DNA of 64,000 bases. Origin: Octopus sinensis (taxonomy: Eukaryota). Made by a program: the position numbers and the translations under genes. The stretch lies in contig NC_043015.1 in the NCBI RefSeq assembly GCF_006345805.1, positions 42,470,001 to 42,534,000 on the forward strand. The letters are read 5' to 3'. Positions 53,120-64,000 of this stretch are shown here, piece after piece. The notes under the pieces are model-generated. The model searched no databases and was not told the origin of the DNA. It saw only the letters and a list, made by a program, of their open reading frames with translations. Every line of letters starts with the position of its first letter. The stretch's first letter is position 1.

Positions 53120-53592
53120 TTGCTTGCAACAGTGTATGCGATGCATGCATGTGTGTGTGTGTGTGTGTGTACTAAGAAATAAGTCTTTTGTCATCTAAAA
53201 ACAAATGTGACAAATGAGCAGTCTACTTGGGGAGGATGCCCAGTTGTAAAATAATGCCTAAAATATATTCATCTAACCCAAGCTAGCTTGGATAAATGGA
53301 TGTAAGTGAATATATGATTTTAGATACATATGGATGTGTGTGTGTCATGAATTGTCTTTTTTTATTGTGCTTTTTTGTTTACCTTAAATACTGATATTTA
53401 AAATCTGAATACAAGTGAAATTTAGTGTGTGGAAACCTTAATTAAAAGAGAATGTGAAATAAGCTACTTAACACTCTCTTCAGTTTACATTTAATTTTAA
53501 TTATTACAATTAGATTAAATGCTATGAAAATAATTTTGATTTCTCTCCTTTCTCTTTCTACTCGTTGACGTCATCTGTTGCTAACGTTAAAT

Positions 53593-53645
53593 ATGATGAT
53601 GTGGAATTCCCCCTCTGACTTCTATGGAGACCTTCCAATTTCTGA
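53593..53645 (+). ncRNA. Candidate box C/D snoRNA copy 6
   Basis: Core identical to copy 1. Confidence 0.7.
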
Positions 53646-54236
53646 TTGCTTGCAACAGTGTATGGGATACATGCATGTGTGTGTGTGTGTGTACTGAGAA
53701 ATAAGTCTTTTGTCATCTAAAAACATATGTGACATATGAGCAGTATGAGGGCTACACATCTGTAAAACAATGCCTAAAATATATTCACCTAACCCATGCT
53801 AGCTTGGAGAAATGGATGTAAGTGAATATATGATTTTAGATACATATAGATATGTGTGTATCATGAATTTTTTTTTTTTTTTAAATGCTGATATCAACCC
53901 TTTTCGTTATTATATTTCTTACCAAAATACACCCCTCATGAGTTTCAATTAAATTCTAAAGTGATCATGAATTTAGACTTTCATTAAACAACTAACTTTT
54001 ATACTTATCACCATATTAATGTGATATTTGGCACGCAATTATAGAAAGGGTTCTTAATCAATTCTATAGCTTAATTTAAAGAGGACTTAAAAGAGAATGT
54101 GAAATAATCTACTTAACACTCTTTTCTCTTACATTTAATTTTACTAATTAGAATTAAATTAAATGCTGTGAAAATAATTTTAATTTCTCTCCTTTCTCTT
54201 TCTACTCGTTGACGTCATCTGTTGCTAACGTTAAAT

Positions 54237-54289
54237 ATGATGATGTGGAATTCCCCCTCTGACTTCTATGGAGACCTTCCAATTTCTGA
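54237..54289 (+). ncRNA. Candidate box C/D snoRNA copy 7
   Basis: Core identical to copy 1. Confidence 0.7.
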
Positions 54290-54765
54290 TTGCTTGCAAC
54301 AGTGTATGCGATGCATGCATGTGTGTGTGTGTGTGTGTACTAAGAAATAAGTCTTTTGTCATCTAAAAACAAATGTGACAAATGAGCAGTCTACTTGGGG
54401 AGGATGCCCAGTTGTAAAATAATGCCTAAAATATATTCATCTAACCCAAGCTAGCTTGGATAAATGGATGTAAGTGAATATATGATTTTAGATACATATG
54501 GATGTGTGTGTGTCATGAATTGTCTTTTTTTATTGTGCTTTTTTTTTTTTTTTACCTTAAATACTGATATTTAAAATCTGAATACAAGTGAAATTTAGTG
54601 TGTGGAAACCTTAATTAAAAGAGAATGTGAAATAAGCTACTTAACACTCTCTTCAGTTTACATTTAATTTTAATTATTACAATTAGATTAAATGCTATGA
54701 AAATAATTTTGATTTCTCTCCTTTCTCTTTCTACTCGTTGACGTCATCTGTTGCTAACGTTAAAT

Positions 54766-54818
54766 ATGATGATGTGGAATTCCCCCTCTGACTTCTATGG
54801 AGACCTTCCAATTTCTGA
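54766..54818 (+). ncRNA. Candidate box C/D snoRNA copy 8
   Basis: Core identical to copy 1. Confidence 0.7.
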
Positions 54819-55294
54819 TTGCTTGCAACAGTGTATGGGATACATGCATGTGTGTGTGGTGTGTGTGTGTGTACTAAGAAATAAGTCTTTTGTCATCTAA
54901 AAACAAATGTGACAAATGAGCAGTCTACTTGGGGAGGATGCCCAGTTGTAAAATAATGCCTAAAATATATTCATCTAACCCAAGCTAGCTTGGATAAATG
55001 GATGTAAGTGAATATATGATTTTAGATACATATGGATGTGTGTGTGTCATGAATTGTCTTTTTTTATTGTGCTTTTTTGTTTACCTTAAATACTGATATT
55101 TAAAATCTGAATACAAGTGAAATTTAGTGTGTGGAAACCTTAATTAAAAGAGAATGTGAAATAAGCTACTTAACACTCTCTTCAGTTTACATTTAATTTT
55201 AATTATTACAATTAGATTAAATGCTATGAAAATAATTTTGATTTCTCTCCTTTCTCTTTCTACTCGTTGACGTCATCTGTTGCTAACGTTAAAT

Positions 55295-55347
55295 ATGATG
55301 ATGTGGAATTCCCCCTCTGACTTCTATGGAGACCTTCCAATTTCTGA
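55295..55347 (+). ncRNA. Candidate box C/D snoRNA copy 9
   Basis: Core identical to copy 1. Confidence 0.7.
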
Positions 55348-55927
55348 TTGCTTGCAACAGTGTATGGGATACATGCATGTGTGTGTGTGTGTGTGTGTGT
55401 ACTGAGAAATAAGTCTTTTGTCATCTAAAAACATATGTGACATATGAGCAGTATGAGGGCTACACATCTGTAAAACAATGCCTAAAATATATTCACCTAA
55501 CCCATGCTAGCTTGGAGAAATGGATGTAAGTGAATATATGATTTTAGATACATATAGATATGTGTGTATCATGAATTTTTTTTTTTTTTTAAATGCTGAT
55601 ATCAACCCTTTTCGTTATTATATTTCTTACCAAAATACACCCCTCGTGAGTTTCAATTAAGTTCTAAAGGAATCATGAATTTAGACTAGTTTCATTAAAC
55701 AACTGTAACTTTTATACTTATCAACATATTAATGTGATAGTTGCCACACAATTATAGAAAGGGTTCTTAATCAATTCTATAGCTTAACGTGAAATAAGCT
55801 ACTTAACACTCTCTTCAGTTTACATTTAATTTTACTAATTACAATTAGATTAAATGCTATGAAAATAATTTTAATTTCTCTCCGTTCACTTTCTACTCGT
55901 TGACGTCATCTGTTGCTAACGTTAAAT

Positions 55928-55980
55928 ATGATGATGTGGAATTCCCCCTCTGACTTCTATGGAGACCTTCCAATTTCTGA
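55928..55980 (+). ncRNA. Candidate box C/D snoRNA copy 10
   Basis: Core identical to copy 1; 3' stem arm GCAATAG still pairs through a G-U wobble. Confidence 0.7.
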
Positions 55981-56302
55981 TTGCGTGCAATAGTGTATGG
56001 GATACATAAATCAATGCCTAAAATATATTCATCTAACCCATGCTAGCTTCGAGAAATGGATGTAAGTGAATAAATGATATATATAGATGTGTGTGTATCA
56101 TGGATTTTTTTTTTTACTTTAAAAACTGATATTTAAAATTGTAAAATAAGTGAAATTTATTGTTCCAAAGCGTTAATCCTTTGGCATTCAGATAATTCTA
56201 TCAAAAGAAATGCTTATTTATTTGCATTGTTTTGAATTAACCATTCGTTGTCTCATAGCTTCAAGATTACAATTAGATTAAATGCTGTTGCTAACGTTAA
56301 AT

Positions 56303-56355
56303 ATGATGATGTGGAATTCCCCCTCTGACTTCTATGGAGACCTTCCAATTTCTGA
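56303..56355 (+). ncRNA. Candidate box C/D snoRNA copy 11
   Basis: Core identical to copy 1; 3' stem arm GCAACGG pairs through a U-G wobble; the upstream pyrimidine tract is deleted. Confidence 0.7.
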
Positions 56356-57493
56356 TTGCTTGCAACGGTATATGGGATGCGTGTATGTGTACTAAGAAAT
56401 AAGTCTTTTGTCATCTAAAAACAAATGTGACATATGAGCAGTCTACTTGGGGAGGACTGCCCATCTGTAAAACAATGCCTAAAATATATTCACCTAACCC
56501 ATGCTAGCTTGTAGAAATGGATGTAAGTGAATATATGATTTTAGATATATATGGATGTGTGTGTATCATGAATTATCTTTTGTTATTGTCCTTTTTTTTG
56601 TTTGTTTTTTTTACTTTAAATACTGATATTAGTACAAGTGGAAACTTGAAGAGAATCTATCATGTGTGGGTTTGTTTACATCTGCCTCTTAGTCAAAAGT
56701 CATGACATTCATGCAATGTTCTGTTAGTATTTCACCTACAAATAGATAACATACTTGTTTCGTAGTTTTGAAGCTTGTGGAATTATGGACCCTTTACTGG
56801 AAAACTGGTAATGGTTAGCATCAGGAAGGGCATCCAGTTGTAAAGCAATGCCGAAAATAGCATATTCATGTAAGTAATGCTGGCATAGAAAAATGAATGT
56901 TAGATATAATGGGTTGTCTTTTATTTATTGTGATTTTTTTTTATTTCCCTTGGATACTTTGCTACTAACATTTAAGATGTTAGGTGAAGCTTACTTTTTC
57001 CAAAGCAAAAACCTACAACTATGATTCCCTGCTAACATTATTGGTAAAAGTCCTTTGATAGTAATGCAATTATTTATGGACTTGGATGTGCTGTGATTCC
57101 TTGGGCTCGTAAGGCCCGAGCTTAACCCTTTAGTGTTTAAACTGGCCAAATCCGGTCCAATATATTCTACATGTTTTATATTCAAACTGGCAATATCTAG
57201 CTTCTCACACCTAACCTACAATGCCATTCTAAAAATAAACAATCACATCATTGAAACCTCAAAGCTGTAAGATAATCCAGGATTAATCCAAAACAATTTG
57301 AGTGAAAAAGTATTACAGTTAACAGAGTAATCTGAACACTAAAGGGTTAATCCACTTTCCACAGTGTATACGTGACTGGGTTTACAACCCTTTTCTTTCT
57401 CTTTTAGATTATAACTATTGGACAATAGCATTTTTGCATGAGTATTAACTGCTCATTGCAGTTGGTTTTCAACTTTGTGTTTATTTGTTGCAG

Positions 57494-57586
57494 AGTATTC
57501 CTGGCTTAGAACAATATGCTATTAAAAAGTATGCCCAGTCATTAGAGGTTCTTCCTCAGTCTTTGGCTGAAAATACCGGTGCAAAG
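57494..57586 (+). CDS. CCT8: CCT8 exon 14
   Basis: SIPGLEQYAIKKYAQSLEVLPQSLAENTGAK; AG/GT boundaries. Confidence 0.97.
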
Positions 57587-57735
57587 GTAAGCGGGAATTT
57601 CATAATCTTTTTTTTTTACACCTTTACTTTTCTTCCCAGTTTACCAAATAACTTATTTGCTCTAAATTCCTGTTTTATATTTGTGAGGCTTCAGAGGTAG
57701 AAGAAAATAACATCTATTTTGTCTGTTTTATGTAG

Positions 57736-57807
57736 AGCCGAGAAGTTCTTTCCAAGTTGTATGCCTCTCATCAAGAAGGTAAACAGAATGTTGGTGTGAA
57801 TATTGAG
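57736..57807 (+). CDS. CCT8: CCT8 exon 15
   Basis: SREVLSKLYASHQEGKQNVGVNIE; AG/GT boundaries. Confidence 0.96.
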
Positions 57808-59087
57808 GTGAGGACTTGTTTGTTTGTCTTTATTTTCTCTTCACTCACCCATCCTAATAGGAGTAAACAGTAATCTCCATATTTCTGTGTTAATCCATTA
57901 GCATTTAAACAAGCCAGTTCTGGTCTCATAACTATCCTACAAACAAATACATCATCAAAATCTCAAAGATATGAGATAATTGCATGATTGATTCAAAACA
58001 ATGTGAATAAGTACTGCTTTTGACAGTGTAGTCTCGAATGCTAAAGGGTTGATAATGAAAATAAGGGAGATGGGTATTGCTGTTGAACACTTTGATAAGT
58101 AAAGTTATAACAGCCCCAAAAAGCAGCTTGTATGTGGCATCATGATTTCCAGAAATTGAACCCTCTTGGATGGTTAGTCTGGAAATGATATGCTATTCTG
58201 ATTTGGTTTATTACCGAATCTCCTTCAAGTCCCTTCATAATGACTTAAAAAGAAGAGAAAGAAAGCTTTCAATAATGTATGTAAAGAAATAAAAAGCAGG
58301 AAAAAAGCAATAGGGTGTTTGTACAAGGAACATTTAAATCGAAATTGATCTGGAAAATAAACAAATGATTTTTGTTTGGAGTTGCTCAATTAAGAAAATG
58401 GTTACTAGTGAGAACATCTGTGTTGATATTGTTATTTGTTTCTTCAAGTTGAGGCCACCAGTTCTTTGGCATTTAAACCAGCCATATCTGGCCAAAGGCG
58501 CATGGCTCAGTGGTTAAAGCATTGAGCTCACAATCGCGAGGTGGAGAGTATGATTCTCAGACTAGGCTGTGTTGTGGTCTTGAGCAAAGCAATTTATTTC
58601 ACAATTTATTGCTCCGGCTCACTCAGCTGTAGAAATGAGTTGCGACGTCACAGGTGCCAAACTGTATCGGCTTTTGCCTTTCCCTTGGATAACATCAGTG
58701 GCCTGGAAAGGAGCAGCTGGTATCCATGGGCAACTGCTGGTCTTCCATAAACAACCTTGCCTGGACTTGTGCCTTGGGTAACTTTCTCGGTGCAATCCTA
58801 TGGTCATTCATGACTAGGGAGGAGGGGCGTCTTTATCCCTTTTATCCAGCCAAAACATTCTACCTATTTTGCGTCCGAATTTGCCAAATCTGGCCTGTCA
58901 CACCTGCTCAACAATATAATTCTGAAAATTAAATTACCTCACCAAAATTTCAAAATAATAATGCATGATTAATTCAAAACAATGTCGATAAGTAAGCATT
59001 GCCTTTTGACAGAATAATGTGATTGCTAAAGGTGAACATTTTAATTTTTAAAACTTCAGTATAAATAATTATTCCTCAAATTGTGGG

Positions 59088-59633
59088 TTAACCCTTTCGT
59101 TACCAACCCGGCCAAAACTGGCTCTGGTTCTGAGTTCAAATGTCTTGTTTTCATAAGTTTTGAATTAAAATCTTCCACCAAACCTTAGTCACAATTTATT
59201 CTTTGTAACACTAGCTGAATGATAACTAAGTTATTTTACTAAATACTTTGTTAGATTTAAAATTAAGAACATCTCAAAATAAATACAGTAATCATCATCA
59301 TCATTTAGTGTCCGTTTTCCATGCTAGCATGGGTTGGACGGTTTAACTGGGGTCTGTGAAGCCGGAAGGCTTCATCGGGCCCAGTCAGATTTGGCAGTGT
59401 TTCTACGGCTGGATGCCCTTCCTAACACCAACCACTCCGTGAGTGTAGTGGGTGCTTTTTATGTGCCACCTGCACCGGTGCCAGACAGAGCTGGCAAACG
59501 TCCACGAACGGATGGTGTTTTTACGTGCCACCGGCACGGGGGCCAGGCGAGGCTGGCAGCAGACACAAACGGATGGTGCTTTTACGTGCTACCGGCACGG
59601 GGCCAGGCGAGGCTGGCAACGGGAAAGGGTTAA
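59088..59633. mobile_element. Second copy of the 48412 MITE with a nested (GAT)n-tailed SINE
   Basis: MITE sequence runs to aaatacagtaa (59290); the SINE follows; gaaagggttaa closes at 59633. Confidence 0.7.
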
Positions 59634-59684
59634 TATGTTGTTGTCTTTCAGCTGTTTATTTAAAATTTTTATTTTATTTTTTAG

Positions 59685-59801
59685 GATGTTGGTGGTGTTA
59701 TGGATTCAGTAGAGAAAAATATTTTAGATCTTTATACAAAATTTTTCTGGATATTGAAGTTTGCCACTACAGCTGCTTGCACAGTGCTCAATGTTGACCA
59801 G
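59685..59801 (+). CDS. CCT8: CCT8 exon 16
   Basis: DVGGVMDSVEKNILDLYTKFFWILKFATTAACTVLNVDQ; AG/GT boundaries. Confidence 0.95.
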
Positions 59802-60120
59802 GTAGGGATATATGTCTCTTGTTCTGTTGCTTCTCCTCGCTAGTATCTTCTTGCTCTTTTTATACTTTCTGTAATATGTGTAGATGTCATTAGTTAGAGA
59901 TGAGTTATGGCTATAGATGCATTGCATGGCTGTGTGGTAAGAAGCTTGCTTTCCACCCATATAGTTCCGGGTTCAGTCTCACTGTGTGGCACCTTGGGCA
60001 GGTGTCTTTTACTATGGCCTCAGGCAGACCAAAGCCTTGTGAGTGGATTTGGTTGATGGAAGCTAAAAGAAGTTGTGTGTGTGTGTATATACACACACAC
60101 TATATATATATTATATATAT

Positions 60121-60213
<93 letters not shown>

Positions 60214-61192
60214 CCACAGGAGTGGCTGTGTAGTAAGTAGCTTGCTTCCCAACCATGTGGTTCCAGGTTCAGTCTCACTGCTTAGCACCTTTGGCAAGTG
60301 TCTTCTACTATATAGTCTTGGGCTAACCAAAGCCTTTTGAATGGATTTGGTAGTCAGAAACTGAAAGAAGCTCTGGTGTATTTGCGTCCTTGTAACTTAG
60401 CGGTTCAGCAAAGAGATTGTTACAATAAATACTAGGCTTACAAAGAATGAGTGCTGGGGTTGATTTGCACAACTGCAAGTAGTGCTCCAGCATGGTTGCA
60501 GTCAAATGACAAACAAAAGAATAAAAATATATATGTATATATTTATGTCTGTTCCTTCACCATCACTTGAGAAATGATGTTGGTGTGTTTACATCCCTGT
60601 AACCTAGCTTACAAAGTTGACTAAAAACCTTCAAGGTGGTGCTCCAGTATGGCTGCAGTCAAATGACTGAAATAAATTAAATAATAAAAGAATATGTAAG
60701 TTTAAGTGCAGGCGTTGTTTCTCAACCATGTGTTCTTGGGTTTAGTCCCCTGCACTGCATCTTGAGCAAGTGTAATCTATTATAGCCCCGGGTTAACCAA
60801 AGCCTTGTGAGGGATTTTTTGACAGAGGCTTGTGTGTGTGTCAAAATGTGATGGTTGTAAATGAACATCATCCTCGTGCAAGTGAGATTGTTCGTTTCCG
60901 GTCTTCCATGGAAAACATTCTCTGGCCATGGGGGAAAATGGAAGTCTAATTTCTATTCTAACATCACAACCTGGGCCTTGGATGTCTTTCAGCCAAAGTG
61001 GTTCCTACAAACTGTCCAAGGCCGTTGCTGTTGATTCTTTGTTAGGCATTTAACTGGGTTCTGCAAGTATTACAAACCTCATCTCTGGTTTGAGAATATT
61101 GGCTTTGATTAAGCTTTTGGAAATAATGATACAATTCTTCAGAGTTATTGAGTATCAACATCTTGTTCAGATATGTTCAGTTTTTATAATAT

Positions 61193-61593
61193 ACTAGCAG
61201 CATAGCCCGGTGTTGCCCGGGTATGTAAGAGCTCCCTAGTAGGCAACGACTAATCCCAATCTAGTTCTTTCCCTCTAGGGAATGAAGGCGCATGTGTAGG
61301 TTGCAACGTCTTCTCTTCACTCGAATACTTCTGTGTTTACGATGTTCCTAGCTGTCTCCCGACAGAAAATGTGTTGCATATAAAAAGCTTAGATTCTCGA
61401 CCCCATGTCGAATTTATCGATTTTTTTCAGAACTGGGGGAGCTTTTCAAAGTTTTCGCTACGTTAGTTTTGAATTATGACATTGGGTTATGTGTGTGCCA
61501 AGTTTCATCAGAATCGGTTGAAAGCCGTATTCAGGGTGAGGGTACAACCTGACAGCCACACAGACACACAAACTGCCGTTTATATATAGAGAG
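61193..61593 (+). mobile_element. Non-autonomous Helitron-like element in CCT8 intron 16
   Basis: Starts actagcagcatagcccggtgttgcccggg; ends acagacacacaaactgccgtttatatatagagagat. Confidence 0.6.
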
Positions 61594-61621
61594 ATTTATC
61601 ATTTCCTCTTTTCTTTTGCAG

Positions 61622-61687
61622 ATCATTATGGCCAAACCTGCAGGTGGTCCCAAGACCCGAGAGACCAAAGACTGGGATGAAGATTAA
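61622..61687 (+). CDS. CCT8: CCT8 exon 17 (terminal coding exon)
   Basis: IIMAKPAGGPKTRETKDWDED* matches the CCT8 C-terminus (IIMAKPAGGPK...KDWD). Exon lengths sum to 1632 nt = 543 aa + stop. Confidence 0.97.
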   Translation: MIMAKPAGGPKTRETKDWDED

Positions 61688-61966
61688 TCTCATTAACTTT
61701 CATTTATACCAAGCATTCATTATCATGTATAATAGGTTGCATTATTTATTCCTTTTTTTTAAAAAGAAGAAGAAAAAAATATTTACTGGCTTCATATTAA
61801 GTACCATCTCTAATTTCCATTTATACCAGAAATGTGATGGAAAGGTCATTATCTTTCCACAGGGGGTTTCATACTGAGAAAAACCTTTAAAACAAGATTG
61901 GAAGAAGATAAAACAAAAAAGAAACCTGCTTTGCTACAATGTATGTGTATTGTAATTGGAAACCAA

Positions 61967-61972
61967 AATAAA
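61967..61972 (+). terminator. Candidate CCT8 polyadenylation signal
   Basis: AATAAA about 280 nt after the stop codon, followed by a T/GT-rich tract. Confidence 0.5.
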
Positions 61973-62039
61973 ACATTTGTTTGAATTATTTTGTATGTTT
62001 ATTTTTCTATCTTCAATTTTCAAGTCTATACTATACTCT

Positions 62040-62437
62040 TTTCTCTCTCTTTTACTTGTTTCAGTCATTTGACTGCGGCCATGCTGGAGCACCGCCTTTA
62101 ATCGAGCAACTCGACCCGGGACTTATTCTTTTGTAAGCCCAGTACTTATTCTATCGGTCTTTTTTGCCGAACCGCTAAGTGACGGGGACGTAAACACACC
62201 AGCATCGGTTGTCAAGCAATGCTAAGGGGACAAACACATACACACACATACATATATATATATATACATATATACGACAGGCTTCTTTCAGTTTCCGTCT
62301 ACCAAATCCACTCACAAGGCATTGGTCGGCCTGGGGCTATATCAGAAGACACTTGCCCAAGATGCCGCGCAGTGGGACTGAACCCGGAACTATGTGGTTG
62401 GTAAGCAAGCTACTTACCACACAGCCACTCCTGCGCC
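62040..62437 (-). mobile_element. tRNA/CORE-type SINE, full length
   Basis: Same family as 8330-8748. Confidence 0.85.
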
Positions 62438-64000
62438 TGTTTGGGTTATGTTATCAGTGTGGCAAGGGTTTTGTTCTACAGTCCCAATTCATCATCATCA
62501 TCATTTAACATCCATTTTCCAAGCTGGCATGGGTTGGACAGCTTCACAAGAACAGGCCAGGCCAAGGGCTACACCAGGTTCCATAGACTGTTTTGGCCTG
62601 GTATCTATGGCTGGATGCCCTTCCAAATGCCAACAACTCCACTGTGTTGTGGGTGCTTTATACATGGCACCATCGCCAGTGCCTTTTATGTGGCACCAAC
62701 ACCAATGATTTTTACATTTACTAGTTTGTTGTTCATCAATCAAGACAGCTTTGTATAAGTGTGTGTTTAATAACGTACCTAACGCGGAGAGATACACCAT
62801 GAGACATACTCATACACTCACAGGCAGATATATGGTCATATACTAAATGTGATGTCATGGAATGAAATGTCCTGTTGACAATAGAAAGACTATCTCTATG
62901 AAATGTTTTAATCGAAATGAAAATAAAATTTCATATTCACCCTAACCAGCCTTCACATACATATATATTTCTTTACTACCCACAAGGGGAGAAACACAGA
63001 GGGGACAGACAAACGGATTAAGTCGATTACATCGACCCCAGTACGTAACTGGTACTTAATTTATCGACCCCGAAAAGATGAAAGGCAAAGTCGACCTCGG
63101 TGGAATTTGAGCTCAGAACGTAACAGCAGACGAAATACGGCTACGCATTTCGCCCTGCGTGCTAACGTTTCTGCTAGCTCGCCGCCCTATACATATAAGT
63201 ATGTTTAATAACGTACCTAATGTAGAAAGATACACACACTGATACATTCAGAGACAGATAAACAGTCGTATTCAAAATGTGACGTTGTTGTCAGTTGTCA
63301 CGTATGTATATGTGTGTGTGTGTTTAATAATGTACCTAATGTGGAAATACAGCAAGACATACTCATACACTCACACTAGATACACAAGTCATGTACAAAA
63401 TGTGATGTAGTTGTAGTCGTGGTATAAAATGTCCTGTTGACAATAGAAAGATTATCTCTGAAGTGTTACATTGTTTTAATCAAAATGAAAATAAAATTTG
63501 GTATTGATACTGACCAGCCCTCATACATGTAGTGTATTTAATAATGGAAAAACACACTGTGAGACATATACATTCACAGATAGATACAGTCATATACAAA
63601 ATGTGACATCGTAGTGGTTAGAATTAAAAGTAAAAGTATAAAAATGAAACGATGTATCACATTAAATGTAAAATTTGATTTGATTTGGTTGAGCCGTTTG
63701 AGAATGCATTGGGAACAGAGACAAATGATTTTATATATATATATAGATGATACAAATGAACTTCTCTTATATATTTTCAAATGGCTATGGAGGTTCATTA
63801 GTGTAAAATAGGGTCCATAGCTAAGAAAAAGAAGTGGTCAGGGCCCTTTACCTCTAATGGCCCCTCAATAAAATGTACCTAATACACTAAAAAGAACATC
63901 CAACCATAAAAACCATGCATCCCCAGAATTGTAGTGAATGAGTGAGATATGGACCTAAACAAGAACTATCTTGGCGCCAGGATAGAAGCTGGTTGTAAGA

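Larger units (their letters stand above)
49915..56640 (+). repeat. Tandem array of 11 units (375-1139 bp spacing) in CCT8 intron 13, each carrying a box C/D-like cassette
   Basis: The core TATGATGATGTGGAATTCCCCCTCTGACTTCTATGGAGACCTTCC...CTG is read directly 11 times, with shared flanks. Confidence 0.95.

Noticed and set aside
49915-56640. Reading the intron-13 array as a CRISPR array
   Set aside because: Eukaryotic intron; units are 375-1139 bp with homologous rather than unique spacers; no cas genes.
58139-58200. Additional C/D snoRNA in CCT8 intron 15 (ATGATTT...CTGA)
   Set aside because: Box C is degenerate, with no terminal stem or internal D'/C' pair.

Overview
AT-rich, microsatellite- and SINE-dense eukaryotic DNA. 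The repeat landscape looks like an octopus (cephalopod) genome; this is an inference. There is one 100-N scaffold gap at 16404-16503. The window holds a complete 17-exon CCT8 (TCP-1 theta chaperonin) gene on the + strand: CDS 33528-61687, 1632 nt, 543 aa, all introns GT-AG. It is head-to-head with the first coding exon of macoilin (MACO1/TMEM57, minus strand, ATG at 32770); I could not find the downstream macoilin exons. The main unexplained structure is in CCT8 intron 13 (49441-57493). It is a tandem array of 11 copies of a compact 53-nt cassette with a complete box C - guide - D' - C' - guide - box D layout, closed by a 7-bp external stem and set in transposon-derived spacers. I read it as a tandemly amplified intronic box C/D snoRNA cluster with no target I can assign. 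The rest of the window is SINEs of several families, TTAA- and TA-flanked MITEs, Helitron-like elements, decayed mariner, DD37D, RTE and CR1 relics, and several long inverted repeats. Nearly all ORFs in the supplied track are microsatellite or repeat artefacts.
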